A DNA stretch of 64,000 bases, from the NCBI RefSeq assembly GCF_018977255.1, contig NW_024704742.1, positions 18,788,001 through 18,852,000 of the forward strand, given 5' to 3'. The notes below the pieces were generated by a model that saw only the letters and a list, made by a program, of their open reading frames with translations, made no database searches and was not told where the DNA came from. Below are positions 38,313 to 50,228 of this stretch, one piece after another (position 1 is the first letter of the stretch; each line of letters starts with the position of its first letter). The DNA is from Callorhinchus milii (lineage: Eukaryota). Both the position numbers and the translations under genes were made by a program.

Positions 38313-40344
38313 CTGCAAATGCAAACAAATTATTATAAAACACAAAAGTAAAATGACATTTTTGATCATCCTTCTGTGTTAATCCAGATATAGAATGACA
38401 GCAGTAATTTACATAATAGGTTTCCACCTTGAAACGCCTTTTAAAAGCCAACTCCAGAATAACTTGAACGAAGAATAATTTTGAACAAATAGCAATCACT
38501 GCATTAGTAAAGATACCAGGAACTCTGATAGATTGAGTCTAATTATGTAATTTTTTGTATTGCTTCCATTTCGGCTCACAAAATATACAGTCAATTCACT
38601 TTACAATATATTCTGTGAAGCGCTTTGAGATGTCTCAAAGACGTGATAAGGCACTATGTCAAGTGCAAATATTATTATTATTAGTCGTATTTTGTTCACA
38701 ACTAAATTCTCTTCATCATTCACAGAGTGCTGCCTTACAGTGATAGATAAATGAACAACTAATGGAAAACGGAAATGGACTATGGCACAAAAAGAACATT
38801 TGTATAAATTTCTTGAGCTCCGAAATACTGGATATTTTGACACTGGAGATTGTGCCACATGTGTCTTTTCATCTAATAATGATTGCCTGAAAAGGTCACG
38901 TTCAAGTATAATGGCCTTTTTTGTGAGCCTGTGATGCAGCTCAGCATTTTCTGCTTCACAGCACGCTGTGAATTTGAGCAACTAAATTAGCTATCACCTT
39001 GCACTTTTTGAATGTGAAAGGATGCTATGTTCCACAAAGGGTTAATTTCACCTGCAACAGGTATTGTTGCTTTAAGGGTCTGATTTTTTTCCCCCAGTTT
39101 CAGACCCAATGGTTTTTGATTGGAGTCAGGCCAAATCTTTATATGGTCTTATCTGTTTCGAGCTGACAGTTCTGGTCAGGATGGCAGATGACCACATGCT
39201 ACAGATCTCATTCTATTTTACAAGTTTCAGTATCAGAATATCATTTCAGTTTCTTTGAATATGAGAACACAAGGCAAATACAGCCATTAAACAAAGAAAC
39301 CAAACTGCCTGGCCTTATTTCAATTTGGTATTTCCAGTAGTAATAAAACTGTTAGCACTATACGCTTGCCAGCTGCATGTTTTTTTCTTGAAACAGACGC
39401 ACAGGTTAAAGTATGTCAAAGCTGAAATAATGCACTGCAAATCTATCTGATTGCTCTCTAAGGTTGATCTACCACCCAGGTGCAAGAGAAATACCTTTGT
39501 ATACGTTAATAGCAATGATCCAATATTTTTCTAATCACACTGGTGCTTTTAGCTAGAAGGGGCTTTGCGTGATAAAGCAACTGTAGTCCTGGGATTTCTG
39601 ACCCCATCACAGCTGTGTGAATTTTTTTTCTGGTCTAAGAATGTTTCATGTTATAGGTCTGTCTCCCATTTAACAGTCAGCTACGGACAACTGCAGTAAA
39701 TTTGTAAAGGGTTACCTTTAAAAACTTCCTATAAGCAACATATTGCCAGTTTGTCTTCAGAAATGCATCCTTTAAGATTCAGTAGCTTCTGCTTGGATAT
39801 GGTTAGCTCCCAAATGTCTGACCTATGCTGATCACTATAGATAATGATCTCTTCCATTAAGTCTTTATTATGCATAATATATTAAGTATATGTTATAATA
39901 TTTAACTTAAAATTATATTATGGCTGTGCAAATATTCAATTATAAAGAAGAATGAGCAAGAAAATTGCAATGTTGACTTAGGTTTCTTCCACATCCTGTA
40001 GTTATATTTTGCTATTTTTTGTGCTGCTCTTAAGCAAATGAAACTTATGTACACATAAATGCCTTAACATTTAGCTTTTCATTTGTAACATGAGGTAAAT
40101 ATTTCCACTGATCAGTGTCGAGTCACTAACAAGAGGCATAAGTTGAGCATTGAAAGAGAGAGCTCGCTGCATGCTTGGGAACAGAATGTCAGGATCGAGC
40201 CAACCCTCTGTGGTGGTCTCAGGAATCTGGTTCCTATGACAAGTGGATACGCAATACTCCAAATACAGCACCCAGCTTGGTTCATCTGCAGGACTTGGAG
40301 GGGCAGACCAGTCACTGAGACTTGGGATTCTTTCCACGTAACCA

Positions 40345-40550
40345 GAGTACCATATAATTTACAGCACAGAAGATGACCATTTAGCCTGTTGGTATGTGCT
40401 AGCTCTTTTAAGAGCGATCCTTTCAGTCTTATTTACCTGCCCTTTCCCCATAGCCCTGTAACTTAATCCTTCTTGTATATTTATCTAGTCCCCTTTCGAA
40501 AGGTAATATAGATTCTGTCGTAACCACTTCTCTAGTAGGGCATACCTTCT
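40345..40550 (-). mobile_element. CR1 3' end
   Basis: ttacagcacagaagatgaccatttagcc...cctgccctttccccatagccctgtaac is the reverse of a CR1 3' UTR. Confidence 0.65.
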
Positions 40551-40967
40551 CCTATGATTCTCCTGTTAACTTTGCAAGCTCAAATGGGTAAGATGGTCCT
40601 AGCTGGACAAATTGTGGGAAACCTTGCTAGACAGTGCTTTCAATGGTAAGCTATATGTTTTTAGTGGTTAAACTCCAAGCATACCCCAATGCAGACTCAG
40701 GGGTCCCCAAGAATAGGTCCTTCCCAATCTGCGCCTAATTCTCTCCAAAATTAGGTGATCACTTTGCGTCCCTCCAGGGAGAAAGTGTGGATTCCATTCC
40801 AGACACAGGGGAATTTCCATGTGTAGGTGGGATGCATGGAACTCTTAGTCTGGTTTGGATACTCTTAAACATGGTGATGAGTTTCCGCTTTTGTCAGACA
40901 TCCAGCTGACCAAAAAAGTATGAAAACATATCCTCCACAGAAACCTTGTCTCACAATTGTCTCTGCA

Positions 40968-41340
40968 TAGAGCTTTGTCTCCTAACAGCTACCCTACTAA
41001 TCATACCCTAAGAGACCTATCCTAGCAACAGTCAGCCTAGCAACAGCTAACATTTTCACCCACAAATACACGCCATGTTAAATCTTGTGAAGCATCTGGG
41101 ATGTCTTCCTGACATGAAAGAATTATTATTATTATCATTGTTATTGTTGTTATTAACATTATTATCTACTCCAGCAATAGTTATCCTAACTACAGATCCT
41201 ATCCTCGTAAAGATTACTCTACGAATAGTATCCTAGAAACCTGATGAGAGCTAACCTAGCAACAGCTATCTTAGCAACAGCTTTTTTTTAACAACATCTA
41301 CACTCACAGTAGCTATTCTAGGAATACCTACCCAGCAACA
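40968..41340. repeat. Degenerate ~15-bp tandem array (ATCCTAGCAACAGCT-like), split by a SINE tail fragment at about 41055-41150
   Basis: Repeated cctagcaacag, cttagcaacag, ccagcaatag, cctagaaac and cccagcaaca units. Confidence 0.7.
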
Positions 41341-41603
41341 TCAGTGTGCCCTGATTCACAGCTACTGTCAATTATTCCTGCCTCGTCTCACACAGCAGTA
41401 GCTTCTCCTTGAGCACACAGGAATAATTCTAATCAAAACTTGGTTCCCTATACAGTATGATATTACAAAGATATTACTTGTAAAAAAAAAAGATTTTTTG
41501 AAAAAAGTAACTGTTTTGAGGTATTTTCTTCCTTTGCTCTAGTTGGGGTTTTCTTATGCCATATACGATCTCTGACTGAAAAGAAAATCAAAAAGAAGTG
41601 ATG

Positions 41604-41970
41604 AACTCTCCCCTCTGAATCAGAAGGTGATGGGTTCAAGCTCCACAACGGGCATAGATTTCGTATAGCCTGAGTTGACACTCAAATGCAATGCTGGGGC
41701 TGTGCTGAGTTTTTGGTGGTGCCTTCCTTCAGGTGAGACATTAAACCAAGATTCTGTCTGCCTGTTCTGGTGGACATTAAAGATCCCATGGCACTGTATA
41801 TAAATTTGGTTATTCATGAATGGCTGTTTGATGAAGATTGCTGCGTTGTTTGACCACAAAACAAATTTGCTGCCATGCTTGCCCACTAAACACTTTGCAC
41901 TATATCCTGTGAAGTGCTTTGGGACATTCTGCCAACATGAAAGGTGGCATACCAAATTTAAGGATTACTT
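41604..41970 (+). mobile_element. Old DeuSINE (SacSINE1-like)
   Basis: ctctgaatcagaaggtgatgggttcaag...gagacattaaaccaag...gtggacattaaagatcccatggcact...tgtgaagtgctttgggacatt. Confidence 0.85.
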
Positions 41971-43029
41971 AAAATATATCTTTTTATTGATGGTTCCTTG
42001 TGCGTTGCTTGGTTCTCTTGCCCATCACAGCTTCTCTTTGGTGCTTCTGGAGCTTACCATCACAGATTGTCTACTTCTATTGGGGACCAAAAAAACATAC
42101 GAAAACGTATCCTATATTAATGTAGCAAATGTTTCTGTACCCAAAAAATAAAAAAACACATTTATTATATGTCTGAACTATAAATCTTTCAAAGCACATT
42201 GCATAAAGACTGTCTTTCCATGCCGTGCAAGATAAGCAGTAATATAGGATCACTGACACACTTTTAATTGTAACAATTTAGCACTGAGTGTTTCTCCTGT
42301 ACTGTGTTTAGGTTCTAAACTTGATTTAAACTGGATGTGTGATCCTCATATGATAGAAGACTTTAGTCAATGTATGATCTGACTGAATCTTGCTTTCAAT
42401 CTTATGTTGCTGTTTGTTTTGTGAACAACCCACTGTTTCCCAATTGTTGTTCCAGAACTATGTGAGGAGATAAAGTCAGAAAGCAAGAGGCATTTTTCTG
42501 AAGTTGTTTTATATCCTAATATATTGAATTATTACAATATTTGCCTACAAAATACACAGTCACTGCACTTTACAGTAAATCCTTGAAGCACTTTGAGATG
42601 TCCTCCCAAAGTGAAAGGCACAATATAAAATGCAAGGATTACTGTTGCTTTTATCATTTATTATGCATTGAACTCAGTTCAACAATAACAAGCACATTCA
42701 CAAAACAGTTCAATAGACAATAGTCAAATTATAGTATTTCATTCTTTCCTTACTTTGTGAAAGTGAATCATTACCTTGGCCTGGGCATAGACATGAAGAA
42801 AAGAGGTTCAATTTGCATAGAAACCACATTTGACTTTTCTACTCCTTTGTCCAGAAATGCGAAAGGCAATTGTTGTTTTTCATCCACTCAATCTAGACAA
42901 GCGATAACTTAGCATGAGCCAGGAGCTGCTCAGTCCATTAGGTTGTCAATTGGTCTTACAACTGACTCACTAAAAGTTAATAAGTCAAACTAAATGGTAC
43001 ATTTCCTCCAGAGGATTTATAACAAGAAT

Positions 43030-43420
43030 GATGACTTGCATTATATAGTGCCCTTCATGCAGGATAGCCTGTTCCCCCATTCTTTTAGATCATGGCTGAG
43101 AAAGAAAGACCTTGAGATGGACCTTGAATGAGAGGGAAAGGGGCAAGACAAAGGCCCTCCGGGATGGAGTTTCAGAGAGTGGAGGCAATTAGGCTGAAAG
43201 TCCGGCCTCCAATGGTAAGGTAGACAGTGCGAGGGACACAAAGTAGGTCAGCGCTTGCCGAGCGGAGGGAAGGGGCGGGTTGGTAGGGTTTTAGAAGATC
43301 ATAGAGAAAAACTGGGATAAGACCAAGGAGGGATTTGAAAGTGAGGACAAAGATCTTAAATTTCAATCCTCTGGAGGATAGGGAGCCAGTATAGCTGAGC
43401 AAGGATGAGGGTGATAGGCT
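43030..43420 (-). mobile_element. L2 3' fragment
   Basis: Translates to FKIFVLTFKSLLGL...LKPYQPAPSLRSA...TIGGRTFS. Confidence 0.85.
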
Positions 43421-46400
43421 TGAGGAGCCTCAGGGAAATGACAGCTCATCAACATCTCCAGTAAGGATTTAATCTAATGTTTCAGAGCTGAAGATTCCTT
43501 ATCAGTTATCACCAGTTAGCAAATATATAAGAGTTATTCCATTTACAGTACTGGATGTTTGTTGAACTAAGTGCTCCGCTAACTTGTGCCAAATATCAAA
43601 AAGATTTTTAAAGTGGTTAAGAACCACTTTGACTCTTTAATAAAATAAAAATGGGTTAAGCCCAAGAACTGTCAGTGTGCTATTTCTTAGACTGAAGTGA
43701 TCTTCACCATCTGCATTGACAGTGTCATGGTTAAAATCACTTTAATTTCAGCAGACATACACAAGTGGTGGCTTGCTTTGCCTCGGTGTTCCTCAAGCAT
43801 GATTTACGCTGTATTTTCAGTTCAATTTAGTGCTACTTTGACTATCAAAATTATGTGAACAGCTCAATATAAATAGGGCACTGAAATATTTTAAAAATTA
43901 AGTCCTATCACTTCCAATTGGTTAATGATAGCTAACCAGTTTATTGAATCCACTTGGATTTATTTCTGCGACAGGGCTCACAAACAGCAATAGTGAAAAT
44001 TACAACTACTAAAAATCTTTGGTTGAAGCATTTTTAATCTCAAATTTGCTTCCCTATTTGAAATGACTGTACTTTTTAATGCTGCATACCATTAATTTTA
44101 AATCAGCCAGTTGTAACATCAACTCAAATAAAATAACAAACAATAATATATAATAAAATAACAATCCACAGGATTACACGGTTTCCATGGTGCATGTATT
44201 TTAGATCCACCACATTCATCCACTTTAGTTCATTTGCTGTGCTTTCAATGTCAAAACGACGTGGAACCAAACTATATCTATATGTGACTGGCCTGTGGCA
44301 TGACCACAATTACACGTTCCCAAATGGCCTTCACCATCGTGCTCCCTCCCTGGCCGTAAGTGATAAATACACAGCAGATGCCAAATCATTTCTCCAGTCC
44401 ATGGACAGGCCTAAACTTGTACAATGTTTAGTGTTGCAGTAGCATAAACGCTTACATCATTGAAGAGGAACTTAGTACTCCTGCGTCTGTAGGATCAAAG
44501 CCTTGTTTCCCAGAGGAACGACGGACTCTAAGCCAATGTGAAAAATTCCACATACAGATCAGTCAGCCACCCATTCAGATCGATCGCCAATACCAAGGGC
44601 AGGAGGTGTTGTCTTTTCTTCCAATGCCTTTTTTGGGGGGGAAAGCAGTGTTTGCTGGTTTTGGTAGGACATTGTAGATTTCATGTCATTGTATTATTTG
44701 TTTACTAACTGGTGTAATTGCAATTAATTCATAAAATTACTGAATAAACAACTTATTCTGACATTGCTAGGTTTTAAGGGTTTGGGAACCAAAGGAAAGA
44801 AAATACAGGGAAAGAGGATATGCAGTGTGTGATGTGATCCTTCACAATAGTTTTCCCAGACTTGTAGGGAATAATTTCACCCACAGATTTTGCAAATTTA
44901 AGATCAACATCAGTCCTTATCTTCAAGGAAGTATCTTGCAGAGCAGGTTTTAAGGGCATGACTTTTCACCATACTTTTTGCCCTTTAATATTGCTTTCCC
45001 CTCCTCCCTCTACCATCAGATAATGCAATATTCTTAGCCCTCACATTGCTACTAGTGAGGTGGTAGCTACAGATGTGTAGAAAGCAAATAATCTGCCCAG
45101 CTTGTAGTCATGTTAAAAATTCACAGATCCAATCCTCCTCTTACATTGCAGATTATTGCTAAAAGATGTTTTTGCACAATCACATTTTTATCAATTGGGC
45201 CCTTCCTTACCCTCCCAAATATAAAATGTATCTGATCAACAATGAGCAAACTTTTCTACTGCAATAAATGATATACAGCCAGTTTTGTTTGCCCACTGTT
45301 GGGTTGAAGTTCTGGGCAACGTTACATGTGCGGAGCATTTGCTGATTAATGGCCAACATCACCAAAGGCACCATACATGATACCAATTGGAATTTCAGCC
45401 CATATTAGTTTTGCTTTCTGGACAGTTGTGGAGCTAAGAGGACGGGAAGTTGCCCTGCTCTTAACAAATGTTGAATTACAACTGGTAAAATAAAATAAAA
45501 GGTGAGTAGCCTCTCCTTCCGCTTACTTCCCCTCTTGCCTGGTCAATATCAGAATTGCATCTAAACAACAGTTTGATGCTGTGATGGGAAGTCAGAGGGT
45601 AGTTATTTAGAATGATAGGATCAATAGGCCAAAGGGCCTTCTTCATCCAAACCAATCTTGTAATCTTACAACTCAATGTTGTAGGGCATTTGTACATCGT
45701 TACATTACCTTTTACTTAAGAAATTATTTTTGTTTTCTTGTGTTAATCTCTAAGACTGATGAAACAAGACCAAGTATGCCCAGCACTTCAATTATGTCAA
45801 TCAAAATGTGGAGAAAGTGAAAATTGCTCTGAGATATCTATGGAATGTCTTCTAAGTCTTTCTACAAACATTCTGCTTCCCCACTTGCCAGCCATTCTAT
45901 TTTAACCTAACTAATGCTTTCAGGGGGAAATAATCCCTTCAAAAAAAATAATAATAATAATTTGGTCAATCAATCCACGCCTGTTTGTGGGACACTGCTG
46001 TTCGCAATTGGCTGCCGTGTTCCACCCACAAAAATACGTACTCCCTAAGCTTTACAGTATATTCTGTGAAGCATTTTGAAACTTCTCAACAATGTGATAA
46101 GGCGCTATATCAAATGCAAGGATTATTATTATTATTTTAGGATTTCTAAAATCCAAATTTTGGAACTTGTGAAACAAAATCCAACTTGGAAATCCAACTT
46201 TATCCAAGTGGTAAATCCCTGGTCCTTTGCTTTGGAAACTAAAATGCTCTTCTCTGTATCTTTTACAGAGTTTGGAAATCTCTCTGAAAGCATCCATACA
46301 ACTGCTCTTCAGTAAAGCTAAAGGAAATACAGTAAAAGTATCTATTGACAAGCTGGTAGTTTTCAAGCTTCATGTAACATTGGTTCTCAGTAGATGTCCT

Positions 46401-46571
46401 AACTTGTGATTTCAAGGGAAAAAAGTCACAGAGTAACCAGCTACAGGAAACAAGATCCAGCTGACTACACACAGGTCAAAGCTCAAAACATACTGGCCTC
46501 ATTCTCTTTATAGAAACATTAAAGACATTTAAACGAATACTGCAGAGAATGCCCACAAATGTCTTTAATGG

Positions 46572-46997
46572 TAATAATCATTGCATTTGATGTAGCAAGT
46601 TTCAAATCGGGAGGATGTCTCAAAAAGCTTCAGAGGATTATAATTGAATGCATATTTTGTAGGCAAACGCAGCAGCCAATTTGCACAGAGCAATATCCCA
46701 AAAAACAACCATGAAGCAAATTGACCAATTTTATTTGGAAGATTAATGGCTAGTAGATGGAGAGAAACTTCCTTCTCTTTTAGAATGATATCAAGGGTTT
46801 TTTAACATCCACCTGAATGGGCGTTCACAATTCATTTTAATGTTCTTATATGAAAGACAGCACTTCCAACATTGCAGCATGCTCCCAGCACTTCATTGTA
46901 GTGACAGCCTATGTGAGTTCAAATTACTGCCGTGAGGCTTGTACCAATGACATTCTGACTCAGAGACAAGTGTTTTACCAATGACCCAAGGCTGACA
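46572..46997 (-). mobile_element. Old DeuSINE (SacSINE1-like)
   Basis: Tail taatcattgcatttgat; reversed Deu domain (ttaacatccacctga...tgaaagacagcacttcc); head ...ctgactcagagacaagtg...caaggctgaca. Confidence 0.75.
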
Positions 46998-47884
46998 GCT
47001 AAAATTTGCAAGACTTACTTTGCTATTTGCTAGTTCATCATGTCAAATGTATACATCTTATAGCATTAATTTTAAATGCACAAATAGACATCATGGGGAC
47101 AGGAAGTTGCCAATACAGCCTGGCAACAACAACAACAACAACTTGCACTTATATAGCACTTTTCACACCAGACAGCATCTTGGAACGCTTAGCCTGTTCC
47201 ACCATTTTATTATATCATTCAATGCTGTTTCTGTTCTTTTTCTCCATATTCCTATAAAACTATTTATCTATCCACCTATTTCCCTTTCTAACAGCCCAAA
47301 TCAATTCTGTTTCCGTAGCCTCTGGGAAGTGCTGCCTGTTCTTCCCACACTGGGTGCCAATTTGCAGTACTTTGAAAATGTGCACGGAGTTTACATGGAG
47401 TGCCTGGTGCAAAGCCTGTGCTGCCAGCTCCATTGGGAGCCAAGTCCGGAATGAAAATGGAATCCAGTCAGCATTTTGCTTGACTTTGAAGAGTGTGAAC
47501 TCAGCGATTCCACTAAATTGCACATTGGGTCAAGTATTCCTGATTAAACAAAGAGCAAGGTCACTTCTGTTGTGATATTGGGAATATGTATGCTGTTATC
47601 TCATTAGTTGGCAGTTAAAGATTATGCTATTTTTAGAATAAATCTGTAATATTTAAAGCTCCCCTGCTGTCACTTTACTTTTGAGTAGGACACTACAACA
47701 TTAATGACCAAAACCATCTCAATACTTGGAATTATTACTCTGTGATTTAAAAATATGATTTATAAAATGTAGATGTGCATAAAAGGAAATTTCAACCTTT
47801 GGAAGTGACAAATGTCAGGATTGATCAATCTCTGTGACCTCTCCCTGGATTAAGAGTATAATCTTTTCAAGAACAGTTTTACGA

Positions 47885-47890
47885 TTTATT
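47885..47890 (-). terminator. Candidate distal polyadenylation signal AATAAA
   Basis: Plus strand reads TTTATT; UGUA-rich, U-rich sequence lies upstream on the minus strand. Confidence 0.45.
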
Positions 47891-48378
47891 GTGAAACAAG
47901 CATGTTATTGGGTTAATAAGTTTCCCTAATGTTCTGTAAATAGGACACTTCGTATTTGGCGCACAGCCACAAGATACACTTCTCTCTTCCTTTGCCCAAA
48001 GCAAAGTCTGTTTTTGAATGTTGTTTTCCAATTACAGTATATAACACATTGAGACAAGTGTTTCAGATTAATGATGATAAAGGTCACAGGAAAGTGCACT
48101 GTACACAAAGCATGTACACACAGTAGTGTAAAGTACACTGTACAAACAGTACGTATGCAGTTTGTGAATTACTAACTGATTGAAGCTAATTAATGGGAAT
48201 TTCTTAAGCTTTCAGATCCCTTGTTACAGAACTACTTACTTTACCTGTTGCAAACAGATGAAGAAATTTTTTTTTTAGGTGAATTTACATTTACTTTAAA
48301 ATTAGATCAAACAGCAGTGTGTGATATAAGTATGCAATGCTTTTTTCACATTTTTTAAATATCTGAATATATAAATAT

Positions 48379-48705
48379 GGAGTCCTGTAGGTCAGTGGTT
48401 AGAGCACTCGCTTTGCAAGTGAGAGACCTGAGTTCAATTCCAGGCAGGGCGAAACCTTGGGCAAGTTTCCTTACTCCACACGCCTAATAATAATCCCTCC
48501 AAAAAACCAAAAACAATAATTAAATTGGTCATTTTCAATCTACGACTGTTTGTGGGACATTGCTGTGTGCAATTGGCTGCTGCGTTCGCCCACAAATATA
48601 CAGTCAATTCACTTTACAGTGTGTTCTGTGAAGCGCTTTGGGACGTCCTCCCGACGTGAAAAGCGCTATATCAAATGCAAGGATTATTATTATTATTATT
48701 ATTAT
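48379..48705 (+). mobile_element. tRNA-Ala-derived SINE, short (young) form, antisense to PDGFC
   Basis: ggagtcctgtaggtcagtggttagagcactcgctttgcaag...gagttcaattcc head; tail gcgctttgggacgtcctcccgacgtgaaaagcgc plus (ATT)7. Confidence 0.95.
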
Positions 48706-48883
48706 AAATGAAATACTTCCTTTTAGTGTGTTGAGAAGCTGATCTAGAATGTTTTAATGAACTGTTTAATAATGTGGTCACTATTCGGATTAAAAGACAA
48801 TGCATCAACAAGCACAGTCATTTCATGAAGAAATTTGGTACATAGCACTTGGATAGGATTTTTCTCAGCTTACACAACAAATT

Positions 48884-49108
48884 CAACAACAACAAATTAC
48901 ATTTATATAGTGCCTTTAACGTCGGGAGGACGTCCCAAGACGTTGGACAGTCAAGGATTGGGACCTGAGGTGGAGGTTGGGATCAGGAGGGGTTGAGGGC
49001 AAGGAGAGTAGGGGTAGGAGGGTGACCGAAGGTGCGGTCGAAGAGGAGGATCTTGAGATGGTCTTGAAGGTGACAAGGCAGGGAGTGAGGCAAATAGACT
49101 GTGGGATG
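48884..49108 (-). mobile_element. L2 3' end, sense to PDGFC
   Basis: Translates to CLTPCLVTFKTISRSSSS; C-rich UTR; tail ttgggacgtcctcccgacgttaaaggcactatataaatgtaatttgttgttgttg. Confidence 0.9.
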
Positions 49109-50018
49109 GACAAGACACCTGGCCTGCATTCTACTGTATAACTGCACATTCTCTAACTATTCAACAACAATAACTTTGCTAAAATAAAAATAATGAGAAT
49201 CAGGTCAAATATAGATAGAGATACAAGTGCTTTATGAGCAGTGTAGGCACATGGTTAGAAACTATGTCTAGTCAGAGCATTTGAACAACTATACAAAAAG
49301 ATACAAAGATTGCACAAAGCACCAGCACCGACAGTCCAATATAGCTGTGCCCTTCATCACATCAACCCATTTCCCTTTTTTTTTGTAAATGTTGTAAAAT
49401 TTTACGTCATCCCAGACAAGGAAAAAAAGCTAATATCTTAAATAAGTTTGGTACAAAATAGATACATTTAATGTGATGTAAAAAAAAAGCTTCAGTCATA
49501 ATTAGCCAAGATGAGAAGATTTCAAAAATATACACATGATTAGGCAATGCCGGTAGAAACATCTGTTGAGCCAAGTCTTCTCATTGCTCCAACTCTGTTC
49601 TTAAACAATAAGCTGTTCAACGGGAGACACATTGCTGGAGCATTGCAGCTGAAGTTGCAGAAGAACAAAGAAAACTGTCAAAGTAACTGTACATGGAAGG
49701 GACTGATGACTAATTCACACAGGAAGTAATGTCACACAAAGAGAAAGAAGCGCAAAAGGAACACATTTTCTTGAAAGTTTTCAGCATATGGGAAGAAATA
49801 CTGCAACCCATACGGTGTGTGAAACAAACAAAACAAACAGCAAGTGGCAGCACACATACTGTGTTTCTTTTTCCCGAAACTTCAACAAGTTCAGAACTGG
49901 AACATTGGAACATTGTTTTAATCCCTCCAAAGATGAAGGTGAGAAAAGGAACCTGAAGTGTGTTCCTTTGTGAGGGTCATTGTTTCTCTGTATTGTCTAA
50001 AAAACATCCAAACTATAT

Positions 50019-50024
50019 TTTATT
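50019..50024 (-). terminator. Candidate proximal polyadenylation signal AATAAA
   Basis: About 205 nt after the stop codon, followed by the GU/U-rich gtttggatgtttttt. Confidence 0.3.
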
Positions 50025-50228
50025 GCTGTGGAGCTTTTGTTATATGTTGCAGTTCAACCCATGGGCCAGATTGCTGATGCATCTGTGCCCCCAAATCCAC
50101 CAAAAGGTTAGAAAGTGATGCGTTCAAAACTGAGCTGACTGTGATTTCTGGTTAAGATAATGCACTCAGGGCCCCATTATTCATTGGTTCATCTCTCTGC
50201 TTTCAAAGGACAGATTGGCTGAGCTCTT

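Larger units (their letters stand above)
47865..50228 (-). other. PDGFC: Probable PDGFC 3' UTR (longest form)
   Basis: Follows the stop codon. Ends at a minus-strand AATAAA (47890-47885) that is preceded by about six UGUA motifs within 270 nt. The extent is inferred; no transcript data. Confidence 0.5.

Noticed and set aside
9400..47800. Many 60-140 aa ORFs in the intergenic interval
   Set aside because: None shows a recognisable domain or exon-like structure. Recurrent peptides such as [14 protein letters not shown] are SINE translations.
48379..48450. tRNA-Ala(TGC)-like sequences here and at the heads of the other SINE copies
   Set aside because: No acceptor stem can form, and each continues into a SINE body and tail. 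They are SINE heads, not tRNA genes.
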